Below are positions 9,590 to 21,709 of a DNA stretch of 64,000 nucleotides, one piece after another; position 1 is the first letter of the stretch; the number at the start of each line of letters is the position of its first letter. The position numbers and the translations under genes are program-made. This DNA is from Isurus oxyrinchus (taxonomy: Eukaryota): assembly GCA_026770705.1 (NCBI GenBank), contig JANJGN010000013.1, positions 24,304,001-24,368,000 on the forward strand, read 5' to 3'. A model generated the notes under the pieces. It worked only from the letters and a program-made list of their open reading frames with translations. It did not search any database and had not been told where the DNA came from.

Positions 9590-11725
9590 CTGCTGGGCTG
9601 GAACTCTCACTGTTTCTGAACCACAACCTCACCTCCACCCTTGATGCCTCGTCCCCATTCAAATGATCACTCTCTCATCCATTCCTCCAATATGGTCATT
9701 ACCTCCACTTGCTTAAGTGTAGACTTGGACGTATACAAAGGGCAACTAGTTTAACATTCCGACTATCTGACCACTTCATGCAGCATTGGGTCCTGCCCTT
9801 GTCTGCCAAAATTGTTCACTGCAAAGATAACACCTGGCTGCTTTTTTGTATTGCAAACTGCCACCTTAAAACCCTCTTCTCAGTCTTCTCCACCCTTACC
9901 TCTAACAACAACTGCAAGGAACTCATGGACTTATTTGGATGATCTCAATCTAGGTGACAATTAGCTATTTCTGCTTCTTCCCTCCCTAGTCCTGAACTTT
10001 GCCTTGTTTCTCTCCTGACTCCCCTCATGCCCTTTGCAAGCTCACCTTGCCCATAAGACCCATCTCTTGCTGCCTCAACCCTATTCACAATCTTCTAGCT
10101 GCCCAGCTTCACTTCTTTGTTCTCACAATAGCTGATACTGCTAATGGTTCTTTCTCCTCGGGTATGCTCCCCCTCTCCTTGAAATCTGCTATCATGACCC
10201 CTCTAAACAAGTCAACCTTGACCCCTTTATTCTTGCAAACTACCGTCCCATCTCCAGTCATCAAACATGTTGTTACCTCCCATCTTTCTCAGAACTCCAT
10301 ATTTGAATCCCTGTAATCAGCTTTCTGCCCTGTCACAGTAACAAATGGCTCCTATCAAAGTCTCCAATGACAACCTATGTGACTGTGCCAATAGTAAACT
10401 ATCATCCTTCTTAACCTGAAATAAAAACAGAAAATTCTGGAAAAACTTAGCAGGTCTGGTAGCATCTGTAGAGAGAGAAATAGAACTAACATTTTGAGTC
10501 AAATGACTTTTCTTCACAATCATCTGACTGGAAACATTAACTCTGGTTCTCTCTCCACAGATGTTGCCAGACCTACTGAGTTTTTCCAGCACTTTCTATT
10601 TTTATTTCAGATTTCCAACATCCACAGTCTTTTGCTTTTATTTCAGTCCTCCTTAACCGGTTTTCAGTCTTTGACATGGTTGACCATAGTGTTTTCCTCT
10701 GTCTCCCATCATTGTCTGCTGGGTGGGACTGCATGGGCCTGGCTCCATTCTTATCAATCCAGTTGGGGCAGTGGCACATTTGCAATGGCTTCTCGTTCGT
10801 GATTTTACTTCTGGTGTTGCCCAAGGATCTATCCTTGATCCTCTCCTATTTTTCATCTACATGCTGGCCCTCGGTGACACCATCCAAAAACACAATTTTA
10901 AGCCAAAGAAAGCCGAGTTTGGGTTGGGTGCTGAGGTTTAAAGGTTAAAAATCAGATTTTGGACCTAAAGCTGCCTCAAAGCTACCCACTTTACCAGAGG
11001 CTGAAAGTGGCCTGGGAAGCTAAACTACTCCAAGGAGGTATGTTGTACCATAAATATGATAAGGAAGCTCTGAGATTCATTGTCTTTCAGCTTTTGAACT
11101 TTAACTCTGGTTACATCCAGATAAAGACTTGGTGTATTTGGGAGATGTGTGCCTGTCTAAAGATCCCCTGCGATTGGGTACCCCAACCCTCGCTGATCTT
11201 CACCCCCTGGATTCTGATCCATTTCCCCCCAGTTCTTTGATTCCTCCTTCCCCAGGCCTCACATCATGCCAAAAACAAAGCCTCAGATCACCCTGGCCTC
11301 CAATTTCCCTTCCAAGTCCACAACCTCTTCCCACCATTGGGGCCCCTGGATTGACAGCCCATTCAGGAGATTATTCATCTCCTCCCTCCACAATCCATCC
11401 CTCCTGATCAACTCCCCGTACCCCACTTCAGATTGCCAATCAGACTTGGTTTCCAGTTGGATAAACCAATCAGTGACATTATGCACATGCTGTGGAGTTA
11501 AAATTCCACACCATGCGAGAGAATCCCAACTTCTGGGTTCACTGCATCACTTGGACCCACCATCACTCCAGACTGTTCAGGGGGTGCCAGATTCCCATGT
11601 ATGCTGGCAACACCAAGTTCTACCTCAACACCACCTCTCTTAAACCTGTCACTGTCTCTAAATTCTCAGATTGCTTGTCTTGCTGGATGAGCAGAGATTT
11701 ATTCCAACTAAATATTGGGAAGATG
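9590..11725 (+). mobile_element. Old L2-like LINE RT fragment with nested insertions
   Basis: FTSGVAQGSILDPLLFFIYMLALGDTIQKH (to about 10893), resuming as MYAGNTKFYL (YADD region) near 11597. C-rich L2-type composition. Confidence 0.7.
10417..10646. mobile_element. Hairpin (inverted-repeat) Penelope-tail mini-element with 12-bp TSD
   Basis: Inverted arms of the Penelope tail. Flanked by TCCTTCTTAACC (10405-10416) and TCCTCCTTAACC (10647-10658). Confidence 0.75.
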
Positions 11726-12230
11726 GGAGAATGCACTGCCTGATGGGGTAGCAGATACAGAGCCTTCAAACAGTAATTGGATAAATACTTTAAGGAGAAA
11801 AAAATTGGGAACAGGACGAATGAGATTGTTCTGTGTAAGAGCCAGCACAGGGTTGAATGGCCTCCTGTTCTATACTATTCTATGATTTTATAAATTTATA
11901 AGTTATAATAATTTCATTCAATGATTACTACAATTACATTTCAAAGATAATTCTAATAAGTATTCCAACAATCTCTTCGTTAATGAAAGCTATATGAAGA
12001 GTAAAGAGCTTGCTTAATATTGAAAGAAACAATTATTTTAACAGGGTAAATTTAGTGAACATAATGATACATACTATGATAAGGACTCTGACAAATACTT
12101 CACAGTGTGAGTGTTGATGCATGTCTGGTCTTTTGGCCCCTGTTCCGGAAGATTGATGTATTACTACTGACCAGATGGTGCTGGGATTGTGAAGGACTTA
12201 ACTCGGATGGAGCAGATTCCTCTACCAGCT

Positions 12231-12348
12231 ATGTCTCTACACTCTTCTCTGCCTCATAATATCAGGCAGAGTCTGACAAACTTCAGTGGATCTCTTTTCA
12301 TCAGCAATAAAACTCGAGACTGTGGCGATGGTCATCACAATATTCGAG
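12231..12348 (+). CDS. TMEM17: TMEM17-family gene, coding exon 1 (MSLHSSLPHNIRQSLTNFSGSLFISNKTRDCGDGHHNIR)
   Basis: Similar to the TMEM17 N-terminus (LP..RQ.L.NFS..F..N.T). Donor CGAG|GTAAGG, phase 1, compatible with the next exon. An in-frame ATG at 12207 is an alternative start. Confidence 0.8.
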
Positions 12349-12389
12349 GTAAGGCACTTGAGCGGGAAATGCAGGTTTAGACATGTAAC

Positions 12390-12725
12390 AACCAGCAATA
12401 ACTCAAAACATGACAGGCTTACAGCAAGACTTCCTATGCATAGTCCTAGCAATAACCCAAAGACTGACAAACACAACAGAGTATAACAAGGAACTCCCAT
12501 ATAATGTTGGCAATAATCCAAAGATCTCCTGACAGCACATGTTTACACAGGAAGTTTCAATACCAGCAATAACTGAGAGTGTGTCTACTATGGGGAACTC
12601 CCATACGTAGTAATAGAAATAATCCTAAGAGCTATAAATAGGATATAGCACCAGCAATAACTCAAGATTGTCAAAACCTAAGTAGCCTAATACAAGGATA
12701 TAACACTACCAGCAACCCAAAATCC
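12390..12725 (+). repeat. Degenerate minisatellite, about 37-62 nt period, core CCAGCAATAACTCAA
   Basis: Core variants near 12391, 12446, 12508, 12562, 12614, 12651 and 12708. Confidence 0.6.
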
Positions 12726-13567
12726 TATAAGTTTTATGTTAACACTGCAATATATATTGCAGTTTTCACATCATAGCACTGGTATTGTAAAGATAATGCT
12801 AGTACTTGCAGTAACTGCCAAGTACAAATTCTGTGTGACACTATAGAGATGTGTTAAAATGCAAGCAGCAACAAAGACTTATAACTAAAAAGAAAGGAAT
12901 AGTTTAATTTCTATAGTGCCTTTCATTTCCTCAATGTGTGTCTCAAAGTGTTTAACAGCCAATTAATTACTTCTGAAGTATAGTGGCTGTTGTGTTATAA
13001 GCAGATTCAGCAGTTTTTTTTTTGAACAGCAAGGTCTCACAAATAGCAAATGATATGTGTTTAGTTCACCTGCTTATGATTGGGGGATGAATGGTCACTA
13101 GTTACCACATTATCTTACAAAAATACACATATAAAGTGTTGATAAACTGGAAAAGCTTCCAAAATATGTTAGCAATAAGTAATACCATGGGACAATTGGC
13201 AGGAGTTACTACACAGACTTTTTCCTTCAGACTGTGGGTTTTAAACTCTGCTTGATTTTTTTGTTTATTTGCCACATAAAAGAAAATACCCATTGATTTA
13301 TTGAATAGAATTGTTTGTAAAAGACTGTTAAATGGATTGAGACCTCGGGCACAGAGTAAACGACTCTAGTTATATTAATGGCTGTTAGTCACTTTTCACT
13401 GACTTTCCTCTTCCGTTAACACTAATAATTGAGACGTGTTGACTGTGCAGAATTGATACGTGTTCAGATTTACAGCTAAAATTATCTTGACTCTGTTAAG
13501 CTATTCTACTAATTACCACAGTAAAATGTTTAATGATTCACTGAATTGAGCTGTTTTCTGTTAATAG

Positions 13568-13671
13568 CTGATGAGATGGTGTCCAGCCTACCTTTACAGA
13601 TGGCACTGTATTTCAATGTCGTCTTCTTTCCATTTTGGTGGGCGTCAGAAGTGGCCGTGATCCAACTTAAG
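13568..13671 (+). CDS. TMEM17: TMEM17-family coding exon 2 (DEMVSSLPLQMALYFNVVFFPFWWASEVAVIQLK)
   Basis: Acceptor ttaatag|CT, donor AAG|gtgaaa, 104 nt. Matches the TMEM17 EMVSSL.LQM.LYFN..FP.WW motif. Confidence 0.93.
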
Positions 13672-14399
13672 GTGAAAATTTGTTCCGAATGTGTACTGAC
13701 ACCATTGTGTTAGCCAATGTGATGGAGGCAAGTGGGGCTTGTGGCAGGATTCAAAGGAACCAGCCTATTTTACAACATCAAGGTCTATTAACATCTACAA
13801 CAATGTCTCCTAATAAAAACAGGTGTTGCTCCAGAAAAATGCAGTGAGTAAGGCCCTTGTCTTCTGTAGTTGATGTTTTGATTAGTTAAAGGTCTTTCAG
13901 GCTGACAGCATGATACATTACAGTCATTGAGTGTTGAAGAGTCATTGAGACTGGTCTGATTTACATTCTAAATTCCCAGTCATAATGGCTACCACATGGA
14001 AGTGCCAAGTGGAGGTTAGATACTACTCCAGTAAAGATAATAGTGGTCAAGAAATTAGTTCAGACTGAGAGTGTTGGGGGAGGCCATTGGGAATAAAGGA
14101 GGAATCAGGATAGGCGATTGGGTGAGGGGGGACTTGTGATTAGGAAGTCAGGATGTGGAGAGGGCCAAATTGGGCTGGAAAAGGCATTCAACACTGTACA
14201 TTGTTAACCTAGTAATTGGAGCTCCTCCATTTGTCTGACTGAAGATATTAAGTGTGTAGCAATATAGATATTTCTCATTTTTGCAGTTAACCTGATTAAG
14301 ATTCTTCTTAACTCTGATTAATAGATCCCCCCATTGAATTACATTGAACAGTTATGTACTGACTGACCTCTGTTTCTCCTCATTCCCTCCCTGGAGCAG

Positions 14400-14513
14400 T
14401 ACAGCATGTTACCAGGATACTATCAGTGGCTGCTGTTGGCAGCTGTGATAATTCTCACACTAATTGAATGTGTTCGACTTTTCCTAGGCTACATGGGAAA
14501 CTTGCAAGAAAAG
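14400..14513 (+). CDS. TMEM17: TMEM17-family coding exon 3 (YSMLPGYYQWLLLAAVIILTLIECVRLFLGYMGNLQEK)
   Basis: Acceptor ...ggagcag|TAC, donor AAG|gtgagt, 114 nt. Carries the family motif RLxLGYxGNLQEK. Confidence 0.95.
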
Positions 14514-14539
14514 GTGAGTGAATTAGAAACAACAAATTA

Positions 14540-16918
14540 CCGCAGCTGTCAGCATATAAGTCAACCTCTGAAGTCTCCAAAAATCATTCCAAATGCAGGT
14601 TCACCGAGTATAATTTGTGAACCACCAGTGTGGGCGGTTGTCATTTTGAAAACTGAAAAAAGAGCATAATAGTGGTAACTCATATTAAATTAATGTGGCA
14701 CGATTTATTGAATAAACCACAATAAAAGCAATTTAAAACCCAAGAAATTCATTGCCTTTAGCATTCGACGCAAAGAGTTCATCAGATTCATTCTGAGTCA
14801 CTTTGGCTATGACTTATTTGTGTTGCCTTCACTCTGAGAATCATCCCTCTGCAACAAGTCATCTTCCTCTCCATCGATTTGGATGTTCCACATTTTTTTG
14901 AATGATCTGATGACAGTTTGTGCACTAATAACACCCCACGATTTGATGATGTAGCCGCACAAAACATCAAGCAGGGTAGAGTGCATATTTTCACTCTTTG
15001 TGAAGGTTCTTTTTCCATCAACCATCCACCTATTCCATTTGGCACGAACATGATCCTTGAATGGCTTATTGAGGCACACGTCCAAAGATTGAACCACAGA
15101 TGTTAGAACTCCTGGGCCAGAATTTTTCACTCGTTGGGCGGGCGCACACCCAACCTGAACAAGCGAGCGTCCGAACATCTTCATGCACTTGCGCAATATT
15201 TCAGTCAGTGGGCGCGCGTGGGTGTTGGCAATGTGCCTGCCGACAATTAACAAGCCTATTAGGGCCATCAAAGTACCAAATAAACGTAATTTTTTGCTGT
15301 CCATCCAGGCAAGTGAAAAGGACAAGCAGCCTTTGCATTTTTTAGGAAACCTCATCCACAGGCGGAATGAGGTTTCCAACAACAATTAAAAATAAAATAA
15401 AAATGTTAACTTTTCATTAATAACATATCCCTGCTCATGTAACAGAGTCACAGGAGTGGGGGCATGTTTTTTACATTTTAAAATCCTTTATTTTTTATTT
15501 TCGTAAATCTTCACCTGCCTCAGGCAGTTCTGTGCCTCAGGGAGATTTCCCTGTGCGCATGCATGAAGTTCCCCACTTGCCCTTCTCCCCACCCCACACA
15601 GGCAACGCTGCAGTGCATGTTTCACGCTGGGTGGGCCTTAACTGGCCCGCCAGCGTGAAATTGCGATCGCAGCCGTTTGCAGGCAGCAGTCAGCTTCCTA
15701 ACTGCTCCCAATCATGCCCGCCTGACGAGGACAAAATCCTGACCCTGACATAACTGAAATGTGGGCATTATTTCTTTGCAGGAGCCTCTTCATCTTATCG
15801 GTTATATGGGATCTCAACATGTCCCACACTAAAAAGCTGCATCCTTTATCGATCCATAACTTCACTGCATTCTCATCCATCCAATGTTGTCATGAACATG
15901 AGCAAAATCTCCTAGAGATTGATTTTCAGCATGGTTTCATGTCTGAAAATTACCATAGGTTTTAATTTGGTTCCATCGGCCATGCAGGCTAGTTCCACCA
16001 TGAATCATGTCTTCTCATGTCCTATGGTTTTTACTAGAACTGTGTTTGAACCTTTCCACTTCACTGTTCGGTTTCTGGGCGTATTGAAATTCATGGATGT
16101 TTCATCCATGATGTCAATATGGCATAATGGGTACTTGTGTTTTGCTGCTGTCTGATGATGAATTGCTGGAAACTGGGTGAATTTGATATTTGTGTCTTTT
16201 GGTAGTTTCTGAGCGATTTTGGTCTTCTGCCTCAACGCTAGACATTTTTGCTCCATAACGTGGTTACACCAACTAGCTGTCACTCTGAGATTTTTGCTGG
16301 ACTTAGGGTTTGGTTTGTCCCACTTAAGTGCGTGTATACACATTGCATTTCTGGTGATAATGAAACCATTCTGATGATTTGAGGACCTATTCCAATACCT
16401 GCTTCTCAAGATCAGGCCAGTGGCAGGTCCCTGTTCTCATGGTGCATTTGGTCTTGAACATCTTCTTCAGGGTGGGTAGCTTCTTCTTCCATTCTTGCAC
16501 CAGATTTTCACTAACACCAAATTCCATCGCTGCAGCAGTTATTTGACCATTGAGTGAATGTTATTACTTTTAGCTTGAAACCAGCTTCATACTTAATTGG
16601 TTTTGTTGGAAGACTCATTTCTCTTCGTCACCCACCCCATGGGATCTGCTCTGTGTGGGCATATCTTAAACTCCTATGCATCTTCTTCATAACATGGTCT
16701 ATATGGCCTGCTCGATCTTTTGTGCCCAGTAATAAGGTAAGTAAAACATGCATTTGTGGGGCGAAAATTTGAGGCTGACTACTAATGCGAGTAAAACATG
16801 TCATGGCTGAAAAGGGGGGTCGACTTATACGTCGAGTATATGCAAAAACACAATTTTTGGAGCCATAAAAATGGTGTTGTCTTATACATCGGGTCAACTT
16901 ATACACCACAATCTACAG
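14540..16918 (-). mobile_element. Decayed pogo/Tc2-like (POGK-related) DNA transposon in TMEM17 intron 3
   Basis: TA TSD at 14538-14539 and 16919-16920. Degenerate TIRs CCGCAGCTGTCAGCATATAAGTCAACC / CTGTAGATTGTGGTGTATAAGTTGACC. Transposase relic from ATG 16618: KYEAGFKLKVI, MDETSMNF, LVWDMLRSH, VVQSLDVCLNKPFK. Confidence 0.85.
15115..15744. mobile_element. PIF/Harbinger-type MITE inserted in the pogo transposase
   Basis: TIRs GGCCAGAATTTTTCACTCGTTGGGCGGGC / GGTCAGGATTTTGTCCTCGTCAGGCGGGC and a 3-bp CTG (CWG) TSD. Removing it restores the transposase frame HISVMSGVLTSVVQSLDV. Confidence 0.8.
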
Positions 16919-18269
16919 TAGCTGAAAATGTTTTTCTCTGGGTACTGTGCCAATGGATCATTGGGTGAGTGCTCCACTTGATATACCAGGTGCTCCCCAA
17001 TTTAAGGGATGTATGCCTATGTAAGAGGACATGATCAGGCTCAGCTAGGACATTCCTTTTGGATTGATAGCTTGCTAACACTCACAGTGTCATCTCATAC
17101 ATTAAGTGTGGCTACTGGAGGAAGGGCAGCCAGTGTCTGTAAAACAGTACCTTAGCATGATTATACATCTTCAAGGGAAGAAGGGGTAGGTGTTCTCATA
17201 ACTTCATGCGTCATTTAGTAGTTTTATTTTGCTCCAAACACTAAGGCACCATTTCCAAACTGGAGGGCCATAGAGCAACATCCTCTTAGGCTTCTGCTGA
17301 AACTGTTCAAAAGCTGAGGGACAAGAGGAGCAGCGAAGAATTCCTCAGAAACCAAAGTCATCTCCTTCTTTGTTGGAAAATACAAGCTCATCCTCAGTGG
17401 AGCCAAGCAAAATAGGAAGCACATCAAGTGGAGAATTGTATTACTCTGTTACCTTGAGGCATTAATGAGACATCCACAGTCATGCAGAATATGATAAAAG
17501 AAAATCGCCTAGTATAAAAAAACTCAGAATATACAAGTTAATTCGACCTACATCAACCATCATCCAACATAAAATGCTAGCCTAATGATATAAATGTCTT
17601 TTTTAAAACATAAAAGAGGTCTCACATGAAGTTTAGTACCCTGAAGAATGTCTAATTTTAGAGGTATGCAGTTTATAATGTTACAAGATAAATCAGGATA
17701 ATTTTGATAAAATGGAAAATAATTGAAATAACGTAGTCAGCATCTGAAAGAGAAAATAAGGTTGTTTGGGGAATTGTTTTTCATCAATCTGTTCTTTAAT
17801 TTAAACATCTAGCCTTCCGGATTTCTCTCTCTTCAATGTAATCAAGTTGTTTTATGTGAATTTATAATTGATTCCAGTGTTTTTTTTAAAGAAAACTTAT
17901 GTAAGGATACATCTCAGTTTTTCAGTTAACTCTGAAAGAGATTCTTCTCAATCCTGATTGACAGATTAAACTGGATAGCCACTACAAGGATCTATTATCT
18001 GAAAAGGAAGAATTGTAGGGCTACAGGGAGTAGGCTGGGGATTGGCACTAGGTAAATTCTTCCTTCGGAGGGTCAGCACAGGCTGTAACCATTCTGTGAT
18101 TTTGTATTGGCCTTGGGTGGGGTGCAATCAAATTCACCAGAATTTCACCAGATCTCCAAAGATTGCATAAAATAAACATGTATTCCTTGAAATATTGAAT
18201 GTTGTGGGTGATTTCAATCAGATTTTTTGCATTTTGAAAGTAATTAATATAGTAGATAGAAAGAAATAT

Positions 18270-18560
18270 TTCCATTGCTGGAGTTTAGAATCAGGGGCCA
18301 TCAGCTTAAAATAAGAGCCAGGCCATTCAAGAGAGAAATTAGGAAACACTTCTTCATGCAAAGGCTGGTTGACGTGTAGAGCTCTCTCCCACAAACAGCA
18401 GTAGATGTTAGCTCAAATAATAATTTTAAATCTAATATCAATAGATTTTTGCTATCCCAGAGCATTAAGGGATGTGGAGTTATGATACAGATCAGTCAAG
18501 ATTTCAATGAATGACAGAACAGGCTTGAGAGGACATATTTGTTCGTACATTCCCATAGCC
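18270..18560 (+). mobile_element. CR1 3' fragment
   Basis: Resembles the CR1 3' end at 4520-4830 (AGGGGCCATCAGCTTAAAATAAGAGCCAGGCCATTCAAG...). Confidence 0.7.
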
Positions 18561-18641
18561 TAACTTTGAAGAGTTCAAGAGTTAATGTCATTATCATTGT
18601 GTACTAGCTATTGATTCTGCCATTTGGATTTTTACCTGCAG

Positions 18642-18941
18642 CTGCCAGAGTTAGCTGGATTTTGGTTGCTGTCCTTTACCATCCAGCTGCCTATTATTCT
18701 CTTCCTCCTCACTGATGAATCCATCATCATCTTACCACTGGAGCAGGCTGTTCATATTCTCTACTTCACCTTCTTGGTTTTTGAATTGGTTGCAGCATTC
18801 CTGGCCCTAAGGGAAATGACAAACCACTTGGCCACATGCTTCTATCTCCAGCAGTTTCAGAAGACAGAATGTCCACAATTACGCAGCAGATGCCCAGAAA
18901 CTGGCATTCCACGTGGGAGGGACACCATTTCCAATGTTTAG
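18642..18941 (+). CDS. TMEM17: TMEM17-family coding exon 4 (LPELAGFWLLSFTIQLPIILFLLTDE...PLEQAVH...stop)
   Basis: Acceptor tttacctgcag|CTG and the PELAGFWLLS motif. Total CDS 118+104+114+300 = 636 nt (211 aa). AATAAA at 19198-19203. Confidence 0.95.
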   Translation: MPELAGFWLLSFTIQLPIILFLLTDESIIILPLEQAVHILYFTFLVFELVAAFLALREMTNHLATCFYLQQFQKTECPQLRSRCPETGIPRGRDTISNV

Positions 18942-19369
18942 TGAGGCAAGAACCTCCAAGTGTATTGAATCTTCCAACCATGTTAACCATCAGAGCCAAG
19001 CCCATCAGTATTTCTGTGAGGTTGCACCAATGCAAAGATCCAGGCTTCTGCGCAATTGTTATCAGGTGAAGGCTTTGTAAGAGAATTGATGGTCCTTCCT
19101 GCATAATATAGAGTGCTTCATTAGCTGAACAGGGCTGGGAAAGAGTTAAGGGTCTGTGCCATTAATGTACAGGAAACTGCCATTATAGTTCTTTTAAAAT
19201 AAAACAACTCCAATTTATTTATGAACATTAAGTTGCTTGTGTTGTGTGCCTGAATTTTGTTTTTGTATATTGAAAACATTTTCCCAGTTTCCTCCCTTTG
19301 TTCTACCTCTTCCTGTGCCATTCCAGACAACTATTCAAGCTTGTAAAAGTTTATCAGCCTAGCTCGATC

Positions 19370-19452
19370 CTGAAACAAAAATTGCTGGAAAAACTCAGCA
19401 GGTCTGACAGCATCTGTGGAAAGGAAGACAGAGTTAACGTTTCGAGTCCGTA
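19370..19452 (-). mobile_element. Short Penelope pseudo-LTR tail fragment
   Basis: Reverse complement reads GGACTCGAAACGTTAACTCTG...CCACAGATGCTGTCAGACCTGCTGAGTTTTTCCAGC. Confidence 0.8.
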
Positions 19453-20799
19453 ACTTCTGCTTATTTACACATTTTCTAGAATTATTCATCGGAGAGCATT
19501 TAGCAGTATGTACTCTCAACAACTTTTCAAAAATGTCCCATCAAAGAGACATTGGTCTAGTCTCTTGGCCTCTATCTCTGCAGCACCTTGTTAACAATTT
19601 TAACACTGTCAAGAAACGTAACTTAGTGCAGGTGGATCAATTATAGAAACAACTGAAATTATTAAACTCAATGTACAAGAAGTAATCTGAGTAATTCAGA
19701 ATGTAAACAGGGTAAAATGTACTGGGATAGATTTTCCTCCCTTTCTTTGCATAAGTTTGGGCAGTCAGTTAATAGAGTGTCCCTGTCCAATAGCCCCAGC
19801 GGGAAACTTGGTCTGTTTTGTTTTGTAAGCATTCAGCCAGTGGGATGCAGCATAAAACAAACCCTGTTGGCTATGAAATGCTGCAATATTGGGCAGCCCA
19901 GCCAGCTCGTATGGGCCAGATGAATGTAGACATGTGGGAGGGACAGTGAGGGAATCCGAAGCAGCAGCAGTCCAGCCTGGTTTTGTGGAGTCCAGAGGCA
20001 TCCCACAGATATAAACGCAAACTTATCTGTTGACATCTCATCAGCTGGACCACTATCTGATACCAGCAGGAACAGTACAGTGCACACTCTGCCCATTCTC
20101 TCCTAAAATGGAACACGAGATCCTGTATTCATCATAAAGACCTGCTTTGCATTTTAAATAGGGACACCACCTGACCCTGGCTGCCTAGCAGTGAGCCCAG
20201 GGGAAGATTGTGGGAATGGGGTGGTAAATATTCAATTTTTAGGGTGCAACTGCCCTGCTTCTGCCAGGCAAGAGGCCTCAAAATCTACCTCATGGTTTAA
20301 GCAAGAAAGGCATTCATTAACAGGAGGTATTCACCTAACAGAGGTGAATTCAATTGGTGAAAATAATTTTCAATCTGTGTTCACTAAAAAGTTATTGCTG
20401 AAATTGAGTTAGCTGCTCTTATTTTCATGATTTTTAAGATTTCTGTTATGTCTGGGTAAGCTATTTCACATGGTTTTTGCATCCATCTTTTGTTCATCTT
20501 CCTGGAGTGAAACACAATAGGGAAGAAATTCAACTGAGTGCAAGAAACTGGGCTCAGCTTTCATAACTAAGAGTACACCATAACCTCAAAAATTTATCTT
20601 CAAGCCATCCTCATTTGTAGAGTCTTTCATTATCTTTGGGTCAGTATATTGGAATTCTGTACCTGACACATTGTGGAAATATCAATACCACAAAGACTGC
20701 AGAGGTTCAAAAGAAAGGAATGAGAAATGGACAATAAATAAGGCCTAGCCAATGAGGCTCACATCCCAAACGCAAGTTTTTTTAAAAGATCAGATGAAA

Positions 20800-20995
20800 C
20801 CAGACCCAGCATTCTCAGACAGAGGGCAGATGAGAAGAAAAACAGGCCCTGTAATCCCATACTGAGAGGACCAGGCAGGGGAAACTCATCCTACCATCTC
20901 CTACACTGAGAGGACAAGCAGAAGATACCTGACCCAGGATTCACACACTGAAGACAGGCAGGTAAAATGTGGACCAGCTTTCCCACAGAGAAGTT
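20800..20995 (+). repeat. Degenerate roughly 40-nt tandem repeat (CCCA..ACTGAGAGGAC.AGGCAG)
   Basis: Four to five diverged copies are visible. Confidence 0.5.
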
Positions 20996-21709
20996 ACACA
21001 GATGACTTACTTTCAAAATTCAGTCAATCAGTCGTCTTCATATAGCCTCTGGAATTACATAAATCTAGAGGGACATCCAAGCCAGGGGAATAGGAGAAAA
21101 TATATTTCAAGAAGGGAATTTTAGAACAAAAGTAAAGGTCAGCAAAATAGACTGCAGCAGTGTTTATGATTGTGGGTATTCCATGAAGGTTGAACAAAGT
21201 CTCACATTTCAAAATAAAATTTGCATTCAGATACTGCAATATGACACCCACAGTCAAACATTTGTCTGAACTACTTACAGTTGGAAACTTCAATGCAGTA
21301 TCTACGCCCCAATAAAAAAATGAGTACCCTCCTCATCCCCTCACCTTTCTATTAGCACAAACCAGGACAACAACGAATCAGCAGCCCATTGTACACTCAC
21401 CTGATGTTCTTCTTCATTGAAATCAAATTTGAAAGAAAATAAATTTGGCTGCTTCTCCATTTTGTACATCCACTCAAAACAAACTTCACCCTCTAAGTAT
21501 CTTCTGATTTGTTCAGCAACATTATGATCTACATATATATTAAAAGACTTGTGTAAGTATAGCATTCACTTCTTATCATTATCACACTTAATTCCTCTCA
21601 CATTTCAGATGTCATACAATAATATATTCCCAGTTCATCATGAGCACAACCATGTGAGATCTACGAAAATAAAATGAAAGCTTTGTTGTAATTGTATGCA
21701 CATGCCTCT

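Noticed and set aside
12390-12725. CRISPR-like repeat-spacer appearance
   Set aside because: Vertebrate intron, short degenerate repeats, spacers related to one another and irregular in length, and no cas genes.
14807-15385. 192-aa minus-strand ORF as a functional transposase or gene
   Set aside because: It is a chimera of MITE sequence and the frameshifted pogo transposase C-terminus.
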